64,000 bases of DNA from Candidatus Aenigmatarchaeota archaeon (GCA_016184005.1 JACPDL010000003.1:17839-81838), one strand, 5' to 3'; positions 1 to 9,477 are shown, numbered from the stretch's first letter. The notes: a model not told the origin generated them from the letters alone. Made by a program: numbers and translations.

Positions 1-118
1 AGGCAGCACGGCACGCCCTTCAAGCATGAGATTGGCTGGCTGGACTGATACGGAGCCGCTTTTTTCGGGTCAAAGTTCTTGTTCAGCCTGCCACTTTTTG
101 TGCAAGGCCACTAGAAAA
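1..118 (+). repeat. Direct repeat copy 1 (partner at 1774-1900); may be truncated by the window start
   Basis: 14-82 is identical to 1796-1864 (69 bp); similarity continues to ...ctagaaaa. Confidence 0.9.
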
Positions 119-205
119 AGCTTTGCACAATAACCCCGAACTGCACAAAAAAGTCGTTTCTGAGTAAAAGTGAAACTTAAGTTATTTCATTAGCATATAG
201 CTAAT

Positions 206-778
206 ATGCCTGACAAAGATAGCGTTTCAATGATTCATGAAAATGCAAAAGAAGCAGCGGATAGAATAAGCACGGAAATCATGGAGAGCATACATGGAAA
301 GAAGGTTGTTTTATGTGGTTCGGGCTGCGACTCTGCTTGTACTGATACAAATCACCATAGAGACTGCTGGCTTCAGAAAAGGAGGTCCCTAAGAGATACG
401 CTAATCGGGGACTTGTTTATCGCCCCCGTTATTCTTGACGATATAATCGACGGAAGGAACCATCATGTTACGGAAACAGAGATACGGTTCTGCAAAGACC
501 ATGCGGATGCCATTGTTTTATTTACTGGCAATGGACCAGGAATCAATAGGGAGTTTGAGGTGTTCAGACAGCAGAGAGAACTATTGAAAAAGTTGCTGGT
601 GTTCGTACCTGCAGACTTCTATCCTTATATCAAGCCTGCTTCGGTAGGACCTTTTGCCGAGGCATTAAATCACTTCAAAATGAGGCAAGGTGGTCTGACT
701 TTTGCGTATAATCCAATGGATATGTATGCGGCGCTTAGAAAGACCTTATTGGATTTCTTTATTCTTCCCACTGGCTGA
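206..778 (+). CDS. Hypothetical Rossmann/NDT-like protein resembling retron St85-type effectors
   Basis: Motif order VVLCGSG...E-x5-HADAIVLF-x2-GPG-x3-E...KKLLVFV...GP, recognised by eye only. Confidence 0.5.
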   Translation: MPDKDSVSMIHENAKEAADRISTEIMESIHGKKVVLCGSGCDSACTDTNHHRDCWLQKRRSLRDTLIGDLFIAPVILDDIIDGRNHHVTETEIRFCKDHADAIVLFTGNGPGINREFEVFRQQRELLKKLLVFVPADFYPYIKPASVGPFAEALNHFKMRQGGLTFAYNPMDMYAALRKTLLDFFILPTG

Positions 779-1097
779 TGTTCCCTTCTCTCAAAGCTTC
801 CAGAATTCTTTGACCTCTTTCCGTCAATTCATAATTTACGGCGTCACCAAATCCATGGTTGGATACAAGACCTACACTTACCAGAACTTGGATGTCGGCT
901 GCGACGTCTATTTTATCTCTGTTGGTTATCTCGGCAAGCTTCTCTCTATTTATATGGGGATGTTCTTCTATGATTTCCAATAAAGAGCTTCTTCGTGCAT
1001 CTTCTAACATCCTGAGTGCAGCGAGGACTTCTTTATTTGACATAGCATTCACCAATGAATACTGATTGTCGGACTCGGTAGATAAAGATTTTGGCAT
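759..1097 (-). CDS. Winged-HTH transcriptional regulator
   Basis: 112 aa; RSSLLEII..HP.I...LAE...DIQVLVSVGLV...YELTERG. Confidence 0.75.
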   Translation of the reverse strand: MPKSLSTESDNQYSLVNAMSNKEVLAALRMLEDARRSSLLEIIEEHPHINREKLAEITNRDKIDVAADIQVLVSVGLVSNHGFGDAVNYELTERGQRILEALREGNISQWEE

Positions 1098-1287
1098 GGC
1101 AATATCACATCATCATATATCTATAGAGTGGTTAATTTTCTTAAAGACGAAATAAAGTGCATGTCAGCGTACTATGTACGCCTATGTTCGAGCTTGGAGT
1201 GGACATAAAGTTTGGAGAAAGATAATTCAACATATAAAAAGGGGTTGAACTACATTATACTACAATGAACTCAAAGGAGGTAATAGA

Positions 1288-1719
1288 ATGACAATTGAAA
1301 ACGTTGAAGGTGCCTTGGAGATAATTGAAAACCATAGAATGGGACTTGATGAGTTAGCAAAACTTCATCATAGTATTGGGAAAGATAGACTGGATTTGCT
1401 TGATAGAAAAATTAAGACTTTTATAAGCAGAATCTTCCCGGATTATGAAAGAAGACAAAAAGACTATTATAACACAGTCCATGCTTTTGGCTTTGCCGTT
1501 GTTCGTGAGTATACAGATGCCGAAAAACAGGAAGAATATCAAGACCAGATAAGAAAAACGATACTGTTCGTAGATGATTTAATTGGCGAGCTAAAGGTAT
1601 ATGGCTTAGAATTCGATAAGAAAATAGGCCCCAAGAAAACAGAAACGGTCAAGGAGGTTTCTGGTGGTATCCCAGGATTAATAAGAGGTAAGTGGAGCAA
1701 GACAAAAGAAGAATCATAG
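1288..1719 (+). CDS. Hypothetical helical protein
   Basis: 143-aa ORF with AGGAGGT SD upstream; AT-rich. Confidence 0.7.
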   Translation: MTIENVEGALEIIENHRMGLDELAKLHHSIGKDRLDLLDRKIKTFISRIFPDYERRQKDYYNTVHAFGFAVVREYTDAEKQEEYQDQIRKTILFVDDLIGELKVYGLEFDKKIGPKKTETVKEVSGGIPGLIRGKWSKTKEES

Positions 1720-1773
1720 TCATCCCAGAGCGGACGATGAGATGCCTTGGTTAAGTGTTGCTTAGTGTCCAAC

Positions 1774-1900
1774 AGGCAGCCTACACGCAAAGTATCGCCC
1801 TTCAAGCATGAGATTGGCTGGCTGGACTGATACGGAGCCGCTTTTTTCGGGTCAAAGTTCTTGTGCAGGCTGCCAGTTTTTGTGCAAGGCTACTAGAAAA
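1774..1900 (+). repeat. Direct repeat copy 2, closed by the inverted stem ggcagcctacac/gtgcaggctgcc
   Basis: Identity with 14-82 at offset 1782 bp. Confidence 0.9.
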
Positions 1901-1966
1901 TCATCTGCAACATATATGATCCACTTCAGAAATGCTTTAAGAGTGGTTTGAGTAAAGAGGAATCAA

Positions 1967-2092
1967 TACGCTTCTGGACAAAGCGTAGAAACATTACAAT
2001 CTTCAATCCTCTGGACAAGGATTTAGGATTCATGAATTGGACATTTCGGGAATTTGGACAAATTACCGATAGGACTGTTTCTTTTGGATATG
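1967..2092 (+). other. Array of stem-loops presenting (C/T)TGGACA loops; candidate ncRNA or protein-binding array
   Basis: tacgctt-CTGGACA-aagcgta; aatcct-CTGGACA-aggatt; tcgggaatt-TGGACA-aattaccga; 2-3 weaker GGA(C) sites. Confidence 0.45.
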
Positions 2093-2160
2093 GGTAATTA
2101 GGCTCGAATTTAAAAGAGCTTTTCGATTGCGGGAAATATACTTCCCAGAAGTGAAAAACC

Positions 2161-3399
2161 ATGTCCGAACACGATGAAAACGTAGCAGCACACGTAGAAG
2201 AAATTATAGAGTCAGCTTCTAAACCTACTTCTGAAGCTGCTGTAGAGCCTGTCATTGATGCAAATCCTGCTCCAGCTGCTGCTCCGTTGCAAGAACACAC
2301 AGTTGATCATATTATAGCATCTGCTTCGAAGCCTGTTGCGCCGCCGATTGCAAGAAGGGGCGTAAGCTTTGACAACGTCATTGATTTTGAAGCCCACAAG
2401 GCGCGGATCGCAATTTTTGGCTGCGGAGGCGCTGGGAATAATACCGTCACGGCACTGACTGAAAAGGGCATAGATGGCGCATCGACGGTTGCAATAAACA
2501 CGGACGCAAAGCACCTTTACGTGAGCAAAGCACACAAGAAAGTGCTCATAGGAAAGAACCTGACACAAGGATTGGGTGCAGGCGGTTATCCGGAGGTAGG
2601 CAAAAACGCAGCACTTGAGAGCAAAGGAGAGCTCAGGGAATTGCTCAAAGGCGTTGATCTTGTTTTCATCACATGCGGCCTTGGAGGCGGTACAGGAACG
2701 GGTGCAGCCCCTGTCGTTGCACGGATTGCACGCGAAACAGGCGCAATTGTCATAGCAGCCGTGACGCTTCCATTCAAGCTGGAAGGCGCAAGAATTATCA
2801 AGGCAGAAGAAGGCCTTGTCAATCTGCGGCAGGCTTGTGACACGGTCATAGTCATAGAAAACCAGAGACTTCTGGAAATTGCAAAGGACATGCCTCTTAA
2901 GAAAGCGTTTGCAGTCGCTGATGATCTCATAGCCACGATGATAAAGGGCATATCAGAGACAATATCCCAGCCGTCCTTGGTAAACCTGGATTACGCAGAC
3001 GTAAAGGCGATAATGCATTCAAGCGGAGGGGTTGCTTCCATAGGTTTCGGAGAAAGCGATGGCGAAGACAGGGCATTTGAATGCATAAACAAGGCACTGA
3101 ACCATCCGCTGCTTGATGTCGATTACAACGGAGCGACAGGCGCACTTGTACAGGTTATCGGCGGCAACGACATGAGGCTGGATGAAATCAACCGCATAGG
3201 CGAAGTCGTGCAGGAACACCTCTCGCATGATGCGCAAGTAATCTGGGGCGCCCGTGTCCTGCCAGAACTACAGGGCAAGATCCAGGTCATAACCATAATT
3301 ACAGGCGTTAAATCACCATACATCCTTGGCCCTTTGTCCAGGGACGAGAAATCAAAAGTCAAGAAATCCCGGGAGCTCGGGATCGAGATAATAAAATAA
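2161..3399 (+). CDS. ftsZ: Cell division protein FtsZ
   Basis: GCGGAGNN, GLGGGTGTG tubulin signature, NLDYADV; acidic Pro/Ala-rich N-terminal extension. Confidence 0.97.
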   Translation: MSEHDENVAAHVEEIIESASKPTSEAAVEPVIDANPAPAAAPLQEHTVDHIIASASKPVAPPIARRGVSFDNVIDFEAHKARIAIFGCGGAGNNTVTALTEKGIDGASTVAINTDAKHLYVSKAHKKVLIGKNLTQGLGAGGYPEVGKNAALESKGELRELLKGVDLVFITCGLGGGTGTGAAPVVARIARETGAIVIAAVTLPFKLEGARIIKAEEGLVNLRQACDTVIVIENQRLLEIAKDMPLKKAFAVADDLIATMIKGISETISQPSLVNLDYADVKAIMHSSGGVASIGFGESDGEDRAFECINKALNHPLLDVDYNGATGALVQVIGGNDMRLDEINRIGEVVQEHLSHDAQVIWGARVLPELQGKIQVITIITGVKSPYILGPLSRDEKSKVKKSRELGIEIIK

Positions 3400-3516
3400 G
3401 CCCCTTTTCGCGGAGTGTATGACGCACTAAAGTGCGTCTAATCATTCGAAAAGGCCCTTGGGTTCAAAAGAAACTCCAAGGATCCTAATATATGAGAAAC
3501 AGGTGTTTTCTCACCA

Positions 3517-3616
3517 TTAGGAGAGAAGGTTGATACGTGCAAAGAGCAAAGCTCTTTGACGCGTCAGAGAACTTTCAGTTCTCTGCACGAGGAAGAGAAC
3601 CTAGGTTCTCGACTTA
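3517..3616 (+). repeat. Repeat family A, filled allele carrying a 54-nt twin-hairpin insert at 3536-3589
   Basis: Flanks join to the exact reverse complement of 28412-28456 and 52285-52330. Confidence 0.9.
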
Positions 3617-3739
3617 TGCTGACCACACCCCAAAGATAGGCAGTTGGTTTGACTGAAAAGCGCGAAAGCGTGATTTAGGCCTTGCCAACTGCCTACTCTT
3701 TCTTTTTTACAAAACTAGCGGAAGCTATGTCAAGAACTT

Positions 3740-3862
3740 TAAATGATATGCTCTTGATACTCCCACGACTAAAGTCGTGGGTTTCTGAGAGCATGTCATC
3801 CCAACATTGTTTATGTAATATCTGCTGTCTGAAGACAGCAGTTTTAAGCAATGTTGTGGATA
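3740..3862 (-). repeat. Repeat family B copy 1 (IS200/IS605-end-like hairpin cccacgactaaagtcgtggg) with a 30-nt hairpin insert at 3819-3848
   Basis: Aligns with 63197-63340 and 9562-9740 in reverse orientation. Confidence 0.85.
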
Positions 3863-3870
3863 AAGTTTTC

Positions 3871-5088
3871 TTAGATCAGCATTACTACAATCAGCAGCAA
3901 TGCGAAGCCGGCTGTGAATGCAAGGACTTTCTTTGCCAGTTTGCTTTGCCTGAAGAAGTAGATGGTTGCTATGTCGCCAAGCATGCCAGCGATGCTTGCA
4001 AGCACGATAGAAACGACGAATACCGGACTGCTTATCGCGCCCTGTGAAAACAGCAATGCCAACGATGCTGCAACCGCATAGCCGCTTCCCAGCCCGCCAA
4101 GAACGCTTATCGGTATCACTGCCTCAGGCGCATATGACACTGCCATGCGTGAAACAGCGAGCGTCAGGAAGAAAATCAGGCCGAGATAAAGGGCGGGTTT
4201 TATCGCGAATGGCGACTCGAAATCGCGGGTGAAGTTCTTCTTCGGGAATTTCCTGAGGAAGTAAAATGCGAAAAACAGATACAGCAGAGAAGCACCAATC
4301 AGGCCTGCAAAAAGCAGCATTGTCCCTGCCTGTTCTGTGAACAATGATGCCGCAACCATATTCCTTGCTGTCATTATGACAAAAGCAAGCAGCGAGGAGA
4401 ATGCAAACAGGTTAAGCAGCTTCTTGTTTTTCTTGTAATTCTGTATATTGGAAATGACAACAGCGGAAGAGCTGAAAATGCTGCCGAAGAAACTGGAAAG
4501 CATGACGCCTTTCTGCTCGCCGAAATGCCGCGTGGCAAGGAAGCCGGCAAATGAAACGACAGAAACTGCAAGAACAACTCCCCATGCCTCTCTGATGTTG
4601 ACGCCCAGCAGGACGTAGTCTGGCAGGAACGGGTAGATCACAAAAGCCAGGATTGCAAACTCCACGGCGTTAAGTATTTCTTTCTCCGAGAGATGGCGGA
4701 TATTTCCGACAAGCCTGTTTTTCGAGAAAAGCAGGAGAAATATTATTACTGAAGTCGCGATGGCTTCGCGATAAAACTCCAAAGCCACCATGGAGCCGAT
4801 AAAATACGTCAATATTATAGTGACAGAAGTGGTTAGTCCCGTGTGTGCCTGGGTTCTTGTCTTGTACCAGAACAGCGACACAGCCAAAGCGCTTGCAATA
4901 CCTATGCCCATGGCAAGAATAAGCGGCGAACCATACGTGAACGCAAAGAAAGTGGAGAGCATGCCGAACAGGCAGATGAAAGCTGCCGTGCGGACGCCAC
5001 TGCCCGGCCTGCCCTTGTGGTATTCCCTTTCTAGGCCGATGAAAGCGCCCAGGACAATACTGAGCAGGATTTTGTCCAGAAGCGGCAT
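3871..5088 (-). CDS. MgtC/SapB family membrane protein (DUF4010)
   Basis: IGLERE...GVRT...GLTT MgtC motifs plus multi-TM C-terminus. Confidence 0.88.
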   Translation of the reverse strand: MPLLDKILLSIVLGAFIGLEREYHKGRPGSGVRTAAFICLFGMLSTFFAFTYGSPLILAMGIGIASALAVSLFWYKTRTQAHTGLTTSVTIILTYFIGSMVALEFYREAIATSVIIFLLLFSKNRLVGNIRHLSEKEILNAVEFAILAFVIYPFLPDYVLLGVNIREAWGVVLAVSVVSFAGFLATRHFGEQKGVMLSSFFGSIFSSSAVVISNIQNYKKNKKLLNLFAFSSLLAFVIMTARNMVAASLFTEQAGTMLLFAGLIGASLLYLFFAFYFLRKFPKKNFTRDFESPFAIKPALYLGLIFFLTLAVSRMAVSYAPEAVIPISVLGGLGSGYAVAASLALLFSQGAISSPVFVVSIVLASIAGMLGDIATIYFFRQSKLAKKVLAFTAGFALLLIVVMLI

Positions 5089-5137
5089 GATTATTTTTAG
5101 CCGGAGCGGTTAATAAAGTTGAACAACGCTGCAAGAA

Positions 5138-5305
5138 TCAGCGCATGTAAGGATCGTCAGGAGCGTAGCCCTTTTTTTCATCGCGTCCGGGAAAAGAAGG
5201 CCCGGAAAGAACGTGTTGAGTATATTCTGAAAAATCTCTTTTTTCTTCTTTAGCAGTTGTTGTTAGCCGCGCTTTTTGAGAAAATAACCTTTTGAAGAAT
5301 TCCAT
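5138..5305 (-). CDS. Small hypothetical protein, 55 aa (MEFFKRLFSQK...DDPYMR)
   Basis: Manually translated; ATG starts immediately after the TrmB stop and fills the gap. Confidence 0.45.
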   Translation of the reverse strand: MEFFKRLFSQKARLTTTAKEEKRDFSEYTQHVLSGPSFPGRDEKKGYAPDDPYMR

Positions 5306-5306
5306 G

Positions 5307-6131
5307 TCACTTCACTGGCTTTGAGTTGTGCCAGATAAGGTCGAACATCGGCTCAAGAAAGTTTGTAACAACGTGATCGCTTTTTGTCCAGAATGCAACA
5401 TCCTGCGTAGGGTGTATTTTCGTATCGTCTGTCAGGCCGAGGACGAATTCCTGGCCGTCAACGACGCACAATCTGCCGAGCAGCCTGTCAATTTTCTCGA
5501 TATCATTAACGTTCCTTATCTGCGCGTATTTCGAAACTTCTTTTATGGTTTCCCCGTTCTGCTTCGTCATTGGCGCAGCTATCTGTATTTTCACGCCGCC
5601 GTCAGACGCTTTCTTGAGAAGGCTGCCATGATTTTCTGCAAGTTCAGCCAAGCCTGATTCTGTCGTGACAAATTTAACAGACTTTCTTGCCCTTTTCAGC
5701 ATGCTCTCGACTTGCTGCAGCATTGCATATCTGCCTTTCAAAGCCCCGGTCAGGTCTTCAGGCTTCATCGTCTTCATGTTTTCTTTGTGCAACCTTTCCA
5801 GCTCTTTTATGGAATCGCTTTTTCCAAGGCGGTCAATTTTCTCGCCTAATTCCTGCGCTTCTTCAGCTATCTTCTTTTTCGCCCTGTCAAGCGCTTCTCT
5901 TGGATGGATCGCCACATATTTGAGCGGCTTTCCCGGCTGTATAACAATAAAACCCCTGCTTGCCAGGGATTCAAGAACATCATAACACCTGCTTCTGGGT
6001 ACATTCGATATATCGGATAATTCGCCTGCAGAAGCAGCTCCTCTTGCTAGCAAAGCTGCCCATAAGTTCCTCTCGTACTTGTTCAGTCCGACTGTTCTTA
6101 ACGCGTCTAGCGTCCTTGGGCTTACCACCAT
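5307..6131 (-). CDS. TrmB family transcriptional regulator
   Basis: GLNKYE...ELSDISNVPRSRCYDVLESL HTH plus PLD-like effector domain. Confidence 0.92.
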   Translation of the reverse strand: MVVSPRTLDALRTVGLNKYERNLWAALLARGAASAGELSDISNVPRSRCYDVLESLASRGFIVIQPGKPLKYVAIHPREALDRAKKKIAEEAQELGEKIDRLGKSDSIKELERLHKENMKTMKPEDLTGALKGRYAMLQQVESMLKRARKSVKFVTTESGLAELAENHGSLLKKASDGGVKIQIAAPMTKQNGETIKEVSKYAQIRNVNDIEKIDRLLGRLCVVDGQEFVLGLTDDTKIHPTQDVAFWTKSDHVVTNFLEPMFDLIWHNSKPVK

Positions 6132-6221
6132 TTTATGACACCATATAGTTTAAGTTGTCTCTTTAAGATACTAAATTACAAATAATAATGTTTATAAGCC
6201 TTTCCAGACCACTTTTGTGGG

Positions 6222-7388
6222 CTAGAACCAGCCGCCTTTCTTCTTCTCCTTCTCTTCATTGTATTTCCTGTCAAGGGTTTCAACGACTTTTTTCACTTCG
6301 TCCACTGCACCGCTTGTGTCGCTGACTCCGCAGGAATTTCCAACACCAATAACCAGGACTGCCTGGCCTTTCTTCGCCCTTCTAATTGCGCGCATCACCG
6401 TTTCTCTTGTTTTCGGGAGAGCGTTGTATATGTCTTTTTTCATCGGCAATATCGCTTCTTCGATCCCCAGCTTAACAACAATGGTATCAATAGGCATTTT
6501 CTTCGGCAGCAGGATATTTTCAATTATTTCTCTCTGGCCTATGCCGCCCATTGCAAAGCCAACACCTTCTGCTACGCTGCCTGTTTTTTCTCCTTCCAGC
6601 TTACCGGCAGCATCTATCGTGACAACTCTTGCTATTCTCTTCTTTTTCATTATTTTTTCAATCGCTTCATCCACGCGACCCAGATGCGGCGCAGGGCCCT
6701 TTGCTTTCAGGAAGTAGCATTTCCTGCCCTCGACAACCTTCTCAGAGACAACTACGTCTTCTGCTATCTCTTTTGGCTTATCCATGAAAGACGCCGCGGC
6801 CAATGGACCTATAGAATCGCCTATAGGCCAGCCGCTTGCGAAGGCTTCTGTGCCTTTCAGTTCGCTTTCAGCCACCTTTTCTATCATAGGCAGCTGCATG
6901 TGAATTATCATGGCTATCTGGAGATTCTTGAATTTCTTTGCAATCTCAAGGAAATGGCGCACAACCTTGGATATTTGCCTCAAGCCTATTGCTGCGCGCA
7001 ATGCGTAATTGAGCTCCTGCTTTTCCTTCTCAGAAATATCACCGGCTATCTCGTCTGTAAACTCCTCAAATCTGTTTTCCATGCTTCTTATTGTCTGGTC
7101 TATCTTCTTCACAAGCCCGAAGGGATCAATAGAAGAAGGTTCAACGACAACAAGATCCGTGAACTCGTCGATCCTGTTCTTCAATTCCTTCGACGGCGCC
7201 TTGCCTGACTTCTTCGCGGCAAGCGAGTTGGCCTTTCTTGACATCTCCTCCATCTTTATTGCCGACTGCTCTATCCGGTAAATAAGCTGCGAGAGCATAA
7301 GGCGCGGATAAACAAAGATGAATATGAAAAATATGATAAAGAACACTATCTGCCCCAGTACATCAGTTGCTTGCAGGAAAAGAACCAT
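6222..7388 (-). CDS. DUF1512 family protein
   Basis: PIGDSIGP, TIDAAGKLEGEKTGSVAEGVG, GVGNS motifs; N-terminal TM. Confidence 0.8.
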   Translation of the reverse strand: MVLFLQATDVLGQIVFFIIFFIFIFVYPRLMLSQLIYRIEQSAIKMEEMSRKANSLAAKKSGKAPSKELKNRIDEFTDLVVVEPSSIDPFGLVKKIDQTIRSMENRFEEFTDEIAGDISEKEKQELNYALRAAIGLRQISKVVRHFLEIAKKFKNLQIAMIIHMQLPMIEKVAESELKGTEAFASGWPIGDSIGPLAAASFMDKPKEIAEDVVVSEKVVEGRKCYFLKAKGPAPHLGRVDEAIEKIMKKKRIARVVTIDAAGKLEGEKTGSVAEGVGFAMGGIGQREIIENILLPKKMPIDTIVVKLGIEEAILPMKKDIYNALPKTRETVMRAIRRAKKGQAVLVIGVGNSCGVSDTSGAVDEVKKVVETLDRKYNEEKEKKKGGWF

Positions 7389-7492
7389 GGAAAACACTTT
7401 TACTATAAAGATTAGAAAAACTTTATAAAGGCAATCACAAGTACTTTCCCCGTAATGCACGCTTAAATAAAAAGTCAGGTCAATTAAATATC

Positions 7493-8104
7493 ATGCGAGG
7501 ATTACTAAATTGGAAAATTTCAGCCACGGTCCTGATAACATTTGGCATGCTTCTTTTCATACTTGGCCAGCAGCCGTCAGTCGGCTCGTTTTTCGCAAAG
7601 CTTGGAGAGAAAGTCCCTCTCAGATGGGGCGAAGAAAGCAGGAATGTCAGCTTCTATCTCTCGCTGGACAAGAAAATAGACTTGTCTGTTTCTGCGAAAC
7701 GGGTGAATATAACTTTAGAGTCGCAGGGATTCGAAGGTGCCATAAGCGACACCAGTTTCAGGGCAACAAGGCTTGTTATCACCGACTTTTCAGGGAAGTT
7801 TGTATTGAATGATTCCGTTGTTATTGATGGAAACTTCCAGAATTCACAGATTGACGGCGTGAATTTCGTGAATAAGAAGATTCAGGGAAACGGCTCTTTT
7901 TCATCCTTGATTATAGACGGTCTTGAAATCGAAAAGCTGGAATTGCGGTCATCTGGAAGAATAACCGTAGGGAAGACAGAAACCAGATTCGAGAATGAAA
8001 GCGTTATTATCGAGAAGCCGGCAGGAAAAGTCATCATTAACAATACAACTGAGATAGAAGGCGTTGCAAAGAAGATACTGGTCGGCGGGATATCGACCGG
8101 CTGA
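7493..8104 (+). CDS. Membrane-anchored beta-rich hypothetical protein
   Basis: 203 aa; N-terminal hydrophobic helix. Confidence 0.7.
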   Translation: MRGLLNWKISATVLITFGMLLFILGQQPSVGSFFAKLGEKVPLRWGEESRNVSFYLSLDKKIDLSVSAKRVNITLESQGFEGAISDTSFRATRLVITDFSGKFVLNDSVVIDGNFQNSQIDGVNFVNKKIQGNGSFSSLIIDGLEIEKLELRSSGRITVGKTETRFENESVIIEKPAGKVIINNTTEIEGVAKKILVGGISTG

Positions 8105-8109
8105 AAATT

Positions 8110-8631
8110 TTACTTGCTATCGCGACTGATTATATTGCTGTTGCCTCTTTCCTCTTCCTCGTCGTCCTTGAGTTCCACATAATCGTCGTCTTTCTTTGTT
8201 TTCTGCTTCCTCTTTTCCTGATCCTTGATGATCTTTTTCAACTTATCTTCGTCCTCTCTTTCTTTTATGATCTTGTCTATCTTCACATCACGTTTTTTCG
8301 CTCCTGCAGACTTCAACCTTCTTGTTATGGGGGAAGCAGCTTTTTCTGCAATGCCCAGAGTGACATAAACAGACTTTGAGAACAGATATAAAAAATATGC
8401 TCCTAGCCCGACAGTCATGTAAAAGATTATTGAAGTGCCATCAATCGACAGCGGAAGGCCGAATACGGCATTCATTAGTATGGGGAATAAAACAGCTGCA
8501 AAAGCAATAAGCAGGGAGTTGAAAACGATTTTCTTCAGTTTCTTTACCGACAGCACGAAAAGTATGAAGATAATTCCAAGAAAAATATGGGTTATAGATA
8601 TTGACCCTATATCCAGGGGGATAATGCTCAC
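8110..8631 (-). CDS. Membrane protein with charged tail
   Basis: 3 TM segments, K/E-rich C-terminus. Confidence 0.7.
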   Translation of the reverse strand: MSIIPLDIGSISITHIFLGIIFILFVLSVKKLKKIVFNSLLIAFAAVLFPILMNAVFGLPLSIDGTSIIFYMTVGLGAYFLYLFSKSVYVTLGIAEKAASPITRRLKSAGAKKRDVKIDKIIKEREDEDKLKKIIKDQEKRKQKTKKDDDYVELKDDEEEERGNSNIISRDSK

Positions 8632-8637
8632 TTCCTA

Positions 8638-9477
8638 TTATTCAAAAATATTGTTGCTTCTTATTGCACTGTAGCTTACTGCAGTAGCCAAAGAAATGTA
8701 TGTTATAAGCTTGAATATGTTTTCAACACTGCCTGAATTGTGGTTAACAAGGGACAGGAGTTTCTTGCTTACTGGCTTCTTTGGCCAGCTGTAATTATTT
8801 TCTATATAATCAACGATCTGGTCGTAAGAAGCCTTTAGCCGCAACAAGCTCCATTCACGTATCACGCTTATCGGTATATATTTGGATGTCGCAATGCCGG
8901 CTTTTCCTTTCTTTATCGCATTCATTATGCCATCAACATCATCTGCATCTATCTGGTTCAGGCCGCAACCCATCATTTCAAGCATGTGCGCGTCGCTGCC
9001 AGCCACTCCAGGGATTTCATTCTTCTGGGCAAATTTCCTTCCTTTTATGTTCGCTATCCTGTCGAGATTAAGGCAGTTGAATATTTCCATTGCATCGCAG
9101 AAGCGCGCGCCTTCCTTAATGCCGTCATCGTTTATGTCAAAGGGATGGGCTGCAATTGCAATTGCTCCCTGTGAATGTATCTGGTCAATCGTCTCCCGCA
9201 CATCCATATGAGGCTTTATCCATTCGCTGATGCCGATAGCGAGCACGTGGCCTTCACTTGTATCAATTTCCTCAGAAGGTATGTGAAGAACCCCGTATTT
9301 CTTTGCTGATGCACCAGCAACTTTATGCGCCTTGAAAACGTCGTGGTCTGTTATAGCTACTGCCCCTACTCCAAGACGTTTTGCGTGTTTCATTATCTCG
9401 GCAGGAGAGTTTATCCCCTCTACCCTTACCTTTATCCTCTGGGAATAGTTCGAATGGCAATGAAGCTCAACAAGCAT
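8638..9477 (-). CDS. PHP-domain metallophosphoesterase
   Basis: LHCHS, ITDHD, AAHPF, GSDAH motifs. Confidence 0.9.
   Translation of the reverse strand: MLVELHCHSNYSQRIKVRVEGINSPAEIMKHAKRLGVGAVAITDHDVFKAHKVAGASAKKYGVLHIPSEEIDTSEGHVLAIGISEWIKPHMDVRETIDQIHSQGAIAIAAHPFDINDDGIKEGARFCDAMEIFNCLNLDRIANIKGRKFAQKNEIPGVAGSDAHMLEMMGCGLNQIDADDVDGIMNAIKKGKAGIATSKYIPISVIREWSLLRLKASYDQIVDYIENNYSWPKKPVSKKLLSLVNHNSGSVENIFKLITYISLATAVSYSAIRSNNIFE

Noticed and set aside
1766-1880. Canonical integron attC (GTCCAAC...GTT)
   Set aside because: No unpaired central spacer or extrahelical base; copy 1 lacks the GTT; no integrase in the window.
1926-2300. 124-aa minus-strand ORF and other antisense ORFs in the track
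   Set aside because: Shadows of well-supported genes with no recognisable motifs.
5265-5283. Half of D hairpin H1 (ttctcaaaaagcgcggct, minus strand)
   Set aside because: Second arm is missing; may be chance or a decayed remnant.
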